A stretch of DNA of 64,000 nucleotides, from the NCBI GenBank assembly GCA_964012435.1, contig CAXGSM010000006.1, forward strand, positions 53 through 64,052, in the 5' to 3' direction. Of the stretch, positions 55,591 to 64,000 are shown piece after piece. The notes under the pieces were generated by a model, which was given only the letters and a program-made list of their open reading frames with translations, was not told the origin of the DNA and ran no database searches. Origin of the DNA: an uncultured bacterium. GTDB lineage: Bacteria > UBP7 > UBA6624. The first letter of the stretch is position 1, and every line of letters begins with the position of its first letter. The translations under genes and the position numbers were made by a program.

Positions 55591-57029
55591 GGTTTAAAAA
55601 AGGTTTTACACTCGTTGAGCTTCTTGTAGGCATAAGTATTTTAATTTTAGTTTTATTGCCTGTTCTTACAGCAATTGGAAGAACTATCAACAGAAGTGAG
55701 CAGAGTCAATCAATGAATCAAGCATTAAATCTTGCTGAAGAACGTATTAGTTCCTTGGAAGCTCATCTTGGTTCGGCTTGGTATCCAGGTGGTATACCTT
55801 TTGATTTTGAAGGTGGAAGCACTTTGACTGATGATCCTGTTGATATTGCAAATGATCCTGAGTTAAACGAATACCTTCCGGGAAATTGGTTTAGAGGACA
55901 GCAAGAGAATCAAAGTGGTGAAACTGCACTTTACATGGAACCTTCTTATTACGGATGTGATAATCAGAATGCTATTGGATCTGAAGGTGAAGATAGGTAT
56001 CTTAATGATAATATGCACATCTGCATTAACCCTTATGATCCCAATAATTTGACCAATGCAGATGGGGCTGATTTGTCAAATGAGAAATACAGAGTCGCAA
56101 TGGCCTTGTTTGCAGCAAGAATGGATCCAATTGATGCTTTGGGCGTATATATGCCTGAATTACATCCGGAATCATTTAGATTTAATAATTCAAATACTTG
56201 CAATAGCAATTTTGATGGAGATTGTCCAAGAATTGATGGAATAGAGGATTTTGGGGAAATTGTGGACAGGGCTTTTTTTGAAGAGTCTTCTGATTTCACT
56301 TGCTTTGGCGCCATTGACAGTCATATTGGAAGGAGCTGGTTTGACTTTGGTTATATTGCATCACCTTTTGACAATGAGACATATGCTGACAATATTGCTT
56401 GGCCAGGTTATCTGACTTATTGGAGAATGATTGCTGCTAATGGTGTAACTAGAGCAAATTCAGACCCTACAGATGACAATAGAAATGAATGTGCTTTAAA
56501 TCCAAATAAATCTACATCTGAACTTTCATCAAAAATTGCTAATTCCTTAGGAACATTTCAGAAATTTAGACGTGAAACCCAGGTTTCAACTGTTTATTTT
56601 CCTGGAGGGGGAAGGGATTTGAGCGAGGTAATTGATCCACAAGACGCAAGATATTACAGATCTTCTGAAGGTGTTTTGGGAAGGTTAGTCAGGGTTTCAG
56701 TTGTTTGGAGAGCTGGTGAAGGATGCTCTTCAAACAATAATTCTTCTAACCAAGGTTTGTTTTCAAGATGTTCTGATCCGATCGCAAGTGTACGCAGGCA
56801 GTTAAGCTTGAGCGACTCAAATGTTAATTTAAGAAGTAAAGTTTCTTTAAACAAAGGTGTTGAGCTCAGGAAATTTATACCTGATCCAGATCAGGATCCC
56901 TGTGACAGTATGTTGCAATTACTTGCTCCTATAGGAGAGAAGACAAGTAGGTTGTCAGGAGCTTTACATGATGGAGATCCTACAAATGCTTTCAATGTAT
57001 TTGAAGAATGTTGGTATAAGGATTCATAA
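55587..57029 (+). CDS. Type IV pilin-like protein, GspI/PilV-like (about 480 aa)
   Basis: KKG|FTLVELLV, ALNLAEERI and a late FRRET...VRVSVVW motif. Start ATG 55587 overlaps the upstream stop. Confidence 0.8.
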   Translation: MRFKKGFTLVELLVGISILILVLLPVLTAIGRTINRSEQSQSMNQALNLAEERISSLEAHLGSAWYPGGIPFDFEGGSTLTDDPVDIANDPELNEYLPGNWFRGQQENQSGETALYMEPSYYGCDNQNAIGSEGEDRYLNDNMHICINPYDPNNLTNADGADLSNEKYRVAMALFAARMDPIDALGVYMPELHPESFRFNNSNTCNSNFDGDCPRIDGIEDFGEIVDRAFFEESSDFTCFGAIDSHIGRSWFDFGYIASPFDNETYADNIAWPGYLTYWRMIAANGVTRANSDPTDDNRNECALNPNKSTSELSSKIANSLGTFQKFRRETQVSTVYFPGGGRDLSEVIDPQDARYYRSSEGVLGRLVRVSVVWRAGEGCSSNNNSSNQGLFSRCSDPIASVRRQLSLSDSNVNLRSKVSLNKGVELRKFIPDPDQDPCDSMLQLLAPIGEKTSRLSGALHDGDPTNAFNVFEECWYKDS

Positions 57030-57044
57030 ATGGAGGTTGTAAAA

Positions 57045-58145
57045 ATGAAAAAAGGTTTTACATTGACCGAGTTATTGGTCGTAATAGTAATAATTGGAAT
57101 TTTGATCACTTTAGTGGTTCCAAGTGTTACAAAAGCAAGAAATAAAGCTAAGGAGGCCCAGGTTAAAGCAGGTATCCATGATATCGAGGTTGCTTTAAGC
57201 TCTTTTTCTGCTGGGAATTCTGGATGGTATCCCGGTGTTGGATATGATCCAAGTGGAACACAGTCGCTGCAGGCAAACATGCTTGGCGTTACAGGAAGAT
57301 CTGGTATTTCTATTCCAGATGGTAACGAAGTGGTTTCAAGCGGTATTGTAGGAGGAAGAATGGATTGCATGGTTGATCCTAGGAAGTGTGGAAGCGAAAC
57401 TCCTACTGAAAACAAATATTTGGATGATTATTGGAGATGGGACAGACTTTATCTGGAGGGTGTTTTGGATGAGTATCCAACGAATCCTTTCAGTAGTGCT
57501 AAAGCTGGAAATTCAAGTGTAAAAAGAGGCATGCACAACATATTTGTAGTTGCTGTTTTGCCAGTTTCTGGCACAGGTGGTCCTGATTTTATTGGTACAT
57601 GTTTATCTAAGCCAGCTGGAGAAGCTGAAGCTTTTGCTGGTGGAGGAAACTGGTACAGTTATGAAAACTACAACACCGTTAATGGAAGGTTGTCTTATGG
57701 TTGGGATGATGCAAGCACATCAACACCTGCTGTTTGTAATGCTGTTACTGGTGATGATAATAATTCCTGGGAAGAAACTCCAACTCTTTACCCTAGGGGT
57801 GATTTTGCGTATGTACCTTTAGATTCTGTTGACAAGCGAATGTATACAGATTCAGGCGGCAATTTGGCAAATGGTGAATACATGGCTTTTGTTGAAAATT
57901 ATTGGATTATTGGATATGGGGCAGAATCTGCTTGGAAATCAGATATTTTTAACGTTGATGCTCTTGCTTCAGGAAACAATTGTGGTTTGAAGTTTCAGCA
58001 ACCTTTAGGCAGGATTGATCCCGCTTCAACTGCATCTTTTTTGAACTGTACGGCAACTGAATATGAAAATAGAGTTCTAGAAGCTTTAAGAGGCGCAATT
58101 CTTTTGCAGGGAACTGCATATACGGAGCAGGCTTTTAGCGAGTAA
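57045..58145 (+). CDS. Type IV pilin-like protein, probable major (GspG-like) subunit (about 366 aa)
   Basis: MKKG|FTLTELLVVIVIIGIL, ARNKAKEAQVK..I..IEVAL..F....GWYP and YPTNPF. Strong GGAGG RBS before ATG 57045. Confidence 0.82.
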   Translation: MKKGFTLTELLVVIVIIGILITLVVPSVTKARNKAKEAQVKAGIHDIEVALSSFSAGNSGWYPGVGYDPSGTQSLQANMLGVTGRSGISIPDGNEVVSSGIVGGRMDCMVDPRKCGSETPTENKYLDDYWRWDRLYLEGVLDEYPTNPFSSAKAGNSSVKRGMHNIFVVAVLPVSGTGGPDFIGTCLSKPAGEAEAFAGGGNWYSYENYNTVNGRLSYGWDDASTSTPAVCNAVTGDDNNSWEETPTLYPRGDFAYVPLDSVDKRMYTDSGGNLANGEYMAFVENYWIIGYGAESAWKSDIFNVDALASGNNCGLKFQQPLGRIDPASTASFLNCTATEYENRVLEALRGAILLQGTAYTEQAFSE

Positions 58146-58148
58146 TTT

Positions 58149-59660
58149 ATGACTATTCACAGTAAAAGATCAGGTTTCACAATGACTGAATTGCTAGTCT
58201 CTATAGCAATACTTGTTGTTGTCATGACGCTTTTGCTGACAGTTATTGAATCAACCTTTAAAACCCTGAGAGTTGTTACCGGTGAATCAAATGCTTCTAA
58301 TCGTGCCAGGATTGCAATGGATCAAATTGTTGCAGAACTGAACAATGTTGATGATTTGGGTTTTGTCGATTTTCATATTCCCAGGGTTAAAAAATCAAGA
58401 TCTCAATATATTTCTGGTTTACAAAGTGCTGCAAGTGCTGGATGCGATATTTATTTGGAGTTACATCCTACTGACACAGCTTTTGGGAATGCTCCATATC
58501 CAGATTCCACTCTTTTTAATCAGGATTTGAATTACAACTGTTACATTGAGCCTTGGGAGGTTTTGGATCCAGATCCAACATGGACTGCAAGGTTTTCTGT
58601 TGGTAAAGGGGGTACTGATGCTCCTGCTTCCTGTAATCAGTATTTAGCACCCGGTGTTCTTGCAATGGAATCATCTTCTGGTGTTCTTTGTAATGGAAGC
58701 TCTTGCCCTATCGGATTAAACGATAGGAATCTTAATCCTGATGATCGTATGGCCGAAAATGACCCTTTTGAAGGTTGGAGAGCTGAAGTGGATCAATTAA
58801 AACCTTCATGGAGTGAACTCTTTGGAGAAATGTGCCAAGAAGACACTGACTCAGGTGGTTTTATTACAACACACAATTTAACACCTTACATAACTGCAAG
58901 AGAGGATTTAGATGGAAATGGCACAATTAATGGGCAAGAAGAGTTTTTAAGAACAATCGTTTTTAAAACAAAGAGTCCAAAATATTCTTCAAACGCGGCT
59001 TCCAATACTCCCAACTTAGGTGGTGCATTAAATTCAAATAATAGTGTTGAGCAACTTTCACATAGGGTTGTTACTTTCGCTCATACATGGAAAGAAAAAG
59101 CTTTTTCTATACCGTTAGCAGATAGTTTCAATGGTGGCTGTGATCCTGCTAATTATTCTCACCTTTCTTCTGATTTTGTTTTATACAAACGAGAGTCTAA
59201 CTTTTACGCTGATCCTGTTTTGAATATGGATCTTGATAGAGATGGAAATCCTAGTGAAGAAATTGAGGATGAATGTTTGAGAACGGTTGAAACCCCTGTC
59301 ACTGATGGAGTTGTAGATGTTAGATTTAAATTGATTGATGCAAGAGGTGATGAAATTAATGCTGGAAACCAGTATTACTATTGGTTTGATAGAGACCCTA
59401 GTGACAATAATCCTATTAGCCCTCCCATTACAGCATTGGATGCGGTTAGAGCAATTGAGATTTATATTTTGACTGCAAGTGATGATGTAATTTCAGTATT
59501 AAGAAGTTCTATGGATGATGGCAAGCTTTTCAGTATCACAAGTGGTAATCCTGGTGAGTTGGCACGATTGAATTTTTTGAGAATACAGAGTTTGCAACCT
59601 GAAATCTACAATCCGAGTAATTTTGTTCAATTAAGGAGAAAGGTTAACCTGTATGAGTAA
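58149..59660 (+). CDS. Type IV pilin-like protein, GspJ/PilW-like (503 aa)
   Basis: RSG|FTMTELLVSI, ARIAMDQIVAEL and a late VTDGVVDVRF...VRAIEIYI motif. Confidence 0.8.
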   Translation: MTIHSKRSGFTMTELLVSIAILVVVMTLLLTVIESTFKTLRVVTGESNASNRARIAMDQIVAELNNVDDLGFVDFHIPRVKKSRSQYISGLQSAASAGCDIYLELHPTDTAFGNAPYPDSTLFNQDLNYNCYIEPWEVLDPDPTWTARFSVGKGGTDAPASCNQYLAPGVLAMESSSGVLCNGSSCPIGLNDRNLNPDDRMAENDPFEGWRAEVDQLKPSWSELFGEMCQEDTDSGGFITTHNLTPYITAREDLDGNGTINGQEEFLRTIVFKTKSPKYSSNAASNTPNLGGALNSNNSVEQLSHRVVTFAHTWKEKAFSIPLADSFNGGCDPANYSHLSSDFVLYKRESNFYADPVLNMDLDRDGNPSEEIEDECLRTVETPVTDGVVDVRFKLIDARGDEINAGNQYYYWFDRDPSDNNPISPPITALDAVRAIEIYILTASDDVISVLRSSMDDGKLFSITSGNPGELARLNFLRIQSLQPEIYNPSNFVQLRRKVNLYE

Positions 59661-62600
59661 TTCAAGAAAATCTGGTGTAGCTTTAGTCACTGTTTTGATT
59701 TTTCTTGCGTTGGTTTTGCCTGCATTGGTCATTATTTTAAGTTTTGCAAGAAATGAAATAGAGTTTGGATCTCTAGACTGGGAAAGAAAGCAATCTGATC
59801 AAATGAGCAAATCAGGCTTGGATGTAGTTGAAAATATATTTAATACTGGTTTTGCAACCGTGAATCAACCAATATTTAGATTCCCAATGGATAAAAATCA
59901 AAATGGCGTTTTGGATGATGTTGATGGTGATTTAACTCAAGATGAATGGGCTTATGCCTTCCCTTTTTCTACAATTAGTCATCTTTCATCACCATGGATC
60001 AAATATCCCGTATTATCAAATGAAACTTGGTTTTCTAGAGATTTAGTTAGTTATTCTGGTTTTTCTACAGCTCAATTAAATAGGCCTGCTGGAAGCTTGC
60101 CTACTTATCCACTTTTTAAAGACAACAACAATACTGGTTTTGTTGATTACTCTTCTTATGAGCATTCAGAATATGATTATTTTGATCCATCATTTGGTTG
60201 TGCTGAGAATACAACATCCTCCTGGGAACCTGAACCATGTTTGGTAATGCCTTTCATTCCATTTGGTAAAAAAACAGAAACATCACCAATTCCTTCAGCA
60301 ACTTTGGATATTAATAATTCTGATTTTATGTGGAATGGCAATCCTTACAACTCAAGCAATTCTTATAACCCTATCGAATTAAGGAATCAAACTTTTATAT
60401 CTGATTGGAGTTACAACTATGCTATTACTGGCGATAGAGATAAAGTAACCTCTCACACTCCTTCAAATTTTCCATTATTGGGTTCTGAATTATTTAACCC
60501 TTATGCGGATAGGTTGAAAGCTCAGCTTACAAGTTGTAACCCCAGTCAAGATGAATATTTTGTAAGGGACTTATTTTTAAGCTCTTCAGGAATGACTTAC
60601 CCTTTGCAATTAGATAAATCTTACGAAAATGAATCAGAATCAAGAGTCAATTTCGGATTACCCAACATGCCTGACTCTTACGTTATGTTTGACCCAAGAA
60701 CATGCATGCCTTTGTATGCCTCACAGGCTAAGGATGTTGATGGTGGGTATGAAGTTGTGGTTTCAGATGAGGGAGCCAGGTTTCCTTTGTATGGTTTTCT
60801 TCATAACCCCGATGACCCGGCTTTCAATAATCCAATTCTTCTTGAATCAATCAATGGGCTTGGAAACAATTTCACAATTGCAGATGAGACTAGTTTCATC
60901 CCAAGGATTACGGGTGATAACGTAGATCAAAAAGGTGAATTTGCACATCTTGCTCAAAGAGGAATAGTCTCGTTGTTAGCACCTTTTGACAGAAATGATT
61001 ACAACACTGGTCATGCTGCAGCAATAATTTCATATATAGGATTTCATGATATTGGCGACATATCATCAATACCTGATGCAACATGCCCAAAGGGAAATTG
61101 TCCAGATGGGGAAAGATTTGGTTTAGGTTTTGAAAAACCTTTAAATTGGCCTGCAGGACTGAAAGATATACTTGATGTTGATGGCATAAAACTTAGGGAT
61201 GGTTTGATCGCGAATTTTAAAATTAGTGACAAAAATTGGAAAGATATTCAAGCTAGGGTTTCGCTTCACTCCACTCCTCAGGAAAGATCAACTATTGGGA
61301 GGCAGGGAAATGCTTTAACTGATTCAAGATATGTTTTTTATCCATTTATTGATTCGAGAGCAACTCCTGAGATGGAAGATCCTGTTTTAAGATGTAGGGA
61401 TTCTGATTCTGATGCTTTTTGTCGCTCAGATTCCGGTTTATTTAAAATCAATTTATGGCAAACACCAACTGATTGGCCAACCGGATCTTCTTCAGATCCG
61501 ATCTCAAATATTTTATCTACATCTGTCAATATGGATTCTGCAGATTGGATCTCAAGTGGCTGTTCTGCTAAATTCCAAACCATAGGCGATATAAACCAGT
61601 ACTTTTCATTACTGGGTAGAGAAAATGCACCTACAGGGTTTTCCTCAACAGATTTAAGGCATTCCGTCTGGCCAGAAGAGTTTTATTGGTTTGTTAATTG
61701 TTTTTGGAAGAGTGATATTAGAAATGAGATAGAAGACAAAAGAGATGAAATAGAAACAGTTTTTAGGGAATTTTTTCACGAGAATGGATCTTTGAAGAAT
61801 ATATGGAGAACAGATCCATTTGATGATTTTCCTGATTTGATATCTAGAAAGATTGTTGGCCACTGGGCTGCATGGCAATATTTTTATAGATATTTCGATG
61901 ATGGAGATGATTGCAGAGATATTTCTCCAGATTTTGATCTTGATGATTCATCTTCAATCACAACAAATGTCGGCAATCCACAAGTTTTGCTTGCAGAGAG
62001 GCATGCAAGGTATCATGGTCCAGCTGATTTGGGAATGCCTATTGGAAATGTTAAGAATATGCTTGGATCAGTTTTGATACCTTATCCAGAATTAAATGGT
62101 CCTTTTTGGGATCCTGGAGATGTTGGTTCAAATGCAAATCCAAGTTGCGGTCTTTCGTCTCTTGATGGTGATGAGTTTCCCGACTTGGTAGCAAATATTT
62201 CAATACAGCATTCAGGAGGTTTGATTGCCAATGTTAACGTTAGTGTTGAAAAATTAAACATCATGCCTGCTGTATGGATTCCTAATAGCAGACCTTCTTT
62301 TTACAGTGAAGATCCACCTTATGATGATTTTGATTTTGGTGCTATTGAACCTAATTCTGGTTGGCCAATCTATGATCCATTAGGCATTGATAGTAGAAAT
62401 CAAGGTTTAGGTAGCTCAAACCAATCTTTTATAGACAGAAGGGATGATTCTCTCATCTTGCATTTAATTAGTTCTATTGCATTTTTCGATAGTCCATATG
62501 CGACTTATTTTGATGATCCGCATATAAATGAACCGTGTTTGGTTTCAGATGATTTCTTTGACCCGATAGTGGGTGCTTCAAATGGCACCACTGATCCTTG

Positions 62601-63519
62601 GGATAATGTATTAGGCGCTGGAGGATCTTTGACCACAATGGACCTCACATCAACTTTTGGTGGTTGGTGGGAAGCTGATGGCAGGAATACAGGCTCTTTT
62701 GATGAAGGTGATTGCATTATTGATGACCCAACAGCGGATATTGGTTTTACTCCTATTGAGTGGAGGCCTTTAAAGACAAGAGGAAGAGTTAACATTAATA
62801 CAGCTGCATTTGATGCTTTGCACGCATCCTTTGCAAAAGTATGTGATTTTGATGAAGGTATGGGCAATGATATTTTTGATGGATCTTGTGGATCTTTACC
62901 TTCAGCAATTGCATCAATCCTGAATTATCGAGAATATTATTATTCTGACCCAAACCAACCTTTTGATGATATAGATTCTCATGGAACTTTATTTTCCTGG
63001 TTGCCTAATGGGGTAGATCTGTATGGCGGAAGTTTTATTGAACAGTTTTTTAATGATATAAATTTATACACAACTGGTGATTGCAGAAATGGAAATTCGT
63101 CTGGTGGTGGCTGTGCTCTTCAGCAAACGGACGATATATTATGGGATTGGCATACTGGAGAATGGAGCAATAATGGTTTAAATAAAATTCCTTTCAGGAC
63201 AGTAACTCAATTGCTAGATCTTTCAGATGGTACAGATCCTAGAAACTTTAATTCAAATTCAAGAAGACTTCTCTCTGTTGATGATATAGCAAACAACAGC
63301 AATGGTGCTGTTGCTGTGTTAGCAAGGATAGATCAGGATTTTTCAGTATTCAGTCAAGGTTACAGAATTGAAAGTATGGGTAGTTATGGTAGAGCAAACA
63401 GCACTTTGTTCAAGATCTTAGGGTTAGATGGCAATTTAAACCTTACAGTTTTTGAGGAAGAAAAGTCTGGAGGGATAGATGATTCCTTCGGTTTATTTTT
63501 TGGAAGTTATTACAAGTGA
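59653..63519 (+). CDS. Giant GspK/PilX-like pilus-tip protein (1288 aa)
   Basis: RKSG|VALVTVL (no Glu5), VSDEGARFPL, GRVNINTAA..AL, PFRTVTQLL and FSV.SQGYRIESMG: GspK hallmarks separated by large insertions. Confidence 0.78.
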   Translation: MSNSRKSGVALVTVLIFLALVLPALVIILSFARNEIEFGSLDWERKQSDQMSKSGLDVVENIFNTGFATVNQPIFRFPMDKNQNGVLDDVDGDLTQDEWAYAFPFSTISHLSSPWIKYPVLSNETWFSRDLVSYSGFSTAQLNRPAGSLPTYPLFKDNNNTGFVDYSSYEHSEYDYFDPSFGCAENTTSSWEPEPCLVMPFIPFGKKTETSPIPSATLDINNSDFMWNGNPYNSSNSYNPIELRNQTFISDWSYNYAITGDRDKVTSHTPSNFPLLGSELFNPYADRLKAQLTSCNPSQDEYFVRDLFLSSSGMTYPLQLDKSYENESESRVNFGLPNMPDSYVMFDPRTCMPLYASQAKDVDGGYEVVVSDEGARFPLYGFLHNPDDPAFNNPILLESINGLGNNFTIADETSFIPRITGDNVDQKGEFAHLAQRGIVSLLAPFDRNDYNTGHAAAIISYIGFHDIGDISSIPDATCPKGNCPDGERFGLGFEKPLNWPAGLKDILDVDGIKLRDGLIANFKISDKNWKDIQARVSLHSTPQERSTIGRQGNALTDSRYVFYPFIDSRATPEMEDPVLRCRDSDSDAFCRSDSGLFKINLWQTPTDWPTGSSSDPISNILSTSVNMDSADWISSGCSAKFQTIGDINQYFSLLGRENAPTGFSSTDLRHSVWPEEFYWFVNCFWKSDIRNEIEDKRDEIETVFREFFHENGSLKNIWRTDPFDDFPDLISRKIVGHWAAWQYFYRYFDDGDDCRDISPDFDLDDSSSITTNVGNPQVLLAERHARYHGPADLGMPIGNVKNMLGSVLIPYPELNGPFWDPGDVGSNANPSCGLSSLDGDEFPDLVANISIQHSGGLIANVNVSVEKLNIMPAVWIPNSRPSFYSEDPPYDDFDFGAIEPNSGWPIYDPLGIDSRNQGLGSSNQSFIDRRDDSLILHLISSIAFFDSPYATYFDDPHINEPCLVSDDFFDPIVGASNGTTDPWDNVLGAGGSLTTMDLTSTFGGWWEADGRNTGSFDEGDCIIDDPTADIGFTPIEWRPLKTRGRVNINTAAFDALHASFAKVCDFDEGMGNDIFDGSCGSLPSAIASILNYREYYYSDPNQPFDDIDSHGTLFSWLPNGVDLYGGSFIEQFFNDINLYTTGDCRNGNSSGGGCALQQTDDILWDWHTGEWSNNGLNKIPFRTVTQLLDLSDGTDPRNFNSNSRRLLSVDDIANNSNGAVAVLARIDQDFSVFSQGYRIESMGSYGRANSTLFKILGLDGNLNLTVFEEEKSGGIDDSFGLFFGSYYK

Positions 63520-63525
63520 AAAACA

Positions 63526-63554
63526 TTGACTTTTCTTTACTAAAAAGGTACGAT
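63526..63554 (+). promoter_or_regulatory. Sigma70-type promoter
   Basis: TTGACT (63526-31), 17 nt, TACGAT (63549-54). AAGGGGG RBS before ATG 63634. Confidence 0.75.
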
Positions 63555-63633
63555 TGTGGGGTTGTAATTTATTTGATATGAAAGTAATTTTTAACAAAAC
63601 AATATTCTTCGCCAATTAAGGGGGCAATTTATT

Positions 63634-64000
63634 ATGAAAATAAAACTATTTTTATTAACTTTAATTTTTTCAATTTTCACTTCAGGGCTTAATGCTTCTT
63701 ATCTGGAAGATAAGACTGCTGTCCGTTGGACAATATCTGAAGATGAAACTTTTATCACTCTTTTTGTGGATACTCCAGTTGCTGTTACGCACAAAAATGA
63801 AGTGTACCCAACAAGGCTTGTTTTTAACATTCCTGGTGGTTACATGGATGAAGGAGAGGATGAAAAAACTATACAGTGGAATGGAGCTGAAAAAAGTTTT
63901 GTAAAAGAAATCAAAGCTGTTTCTATAGATCCAAAATTTGAAGACTCTTTCTTAAGGCTAGTTTTCACTTTCGGAATAAGGGTTCCGATCAGTACAGAAC
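63634..64000 (+). CDS. Exported AMIN-domain-like protein, 3'-truncated (possibly a PilQ/GspD secretin N-terminus)
   Basis: Hand translation: MKIKLFLLTLIFSIFTSGLNA|SYLED...YPTRLVFNIPG...VKEIKAV...LRLVF. Open to the window end and absent from the ORF track. Confidence 0.7.
   Translation, partial: MKIKLFLLTLIFSIFTSGLNASYLEDKTAVRWTISEDETFITLFVDTPVAVTHKNEVYPTRLVFNIPGGYMDEGEDEKTIQWNGAEKSFVKEIKAVSIDPKFEDSFLRLVFTFGIRVPISTE

Noticed and set aside
63692-63904. 70-aa ORF from the track
   Set aside because: Out-of-frame shadow of the better-supported ORF starting at 63634.

Overview
Gene-dense, AT-rich (roughly one-third GC by eye) chromosomal segment of a diderm, LPS-making bacterium (kdsB, msbA-like, lpxB, LptA/C-like, porins, TolC). 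Most neighbouring genes overlap or abut, suggesting a streamlined, divergent lineage. No rRNA, tRNA, CRISPR array or mobile element was seen. Housekeeping genes: purL, lnt, secA, trxA, mnmA, rsmG, phoH-HD-ybeY-CNNM x2. B12/acyl-CoA mutase genes: icmF, a stand-alone B12-binding subunit and meaB. Also present are a MacAB-TolC-like exporter and two paralogous porins. The best candidate for an uncharacterised system is the translationally coupled operon at 37909-47676. It encodes an orphan GlmL/MutL-family ASKHA ATPase with no glutamate mutase beside it, a multidomain partner, and a four-gene membrane module present as two tandem diverged copies. A TPR protein with an atypical J-domain precedes it. 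The second candidate is a type II secretion/type IV pilus-like cluster at 53657-64000 whose five pilin-like subunits are all greatly enlarged, acidic and cysteine-paired, including a 1288-aa GspK-like tip protein. Reading the raw sequence also gave a probable ATA-initiated gene, a 55-aa DUF465-like gene and an open AMIN-domain ORF that the ORF track misplaces or omits. All product calls rest on motif recognition, not database searches.
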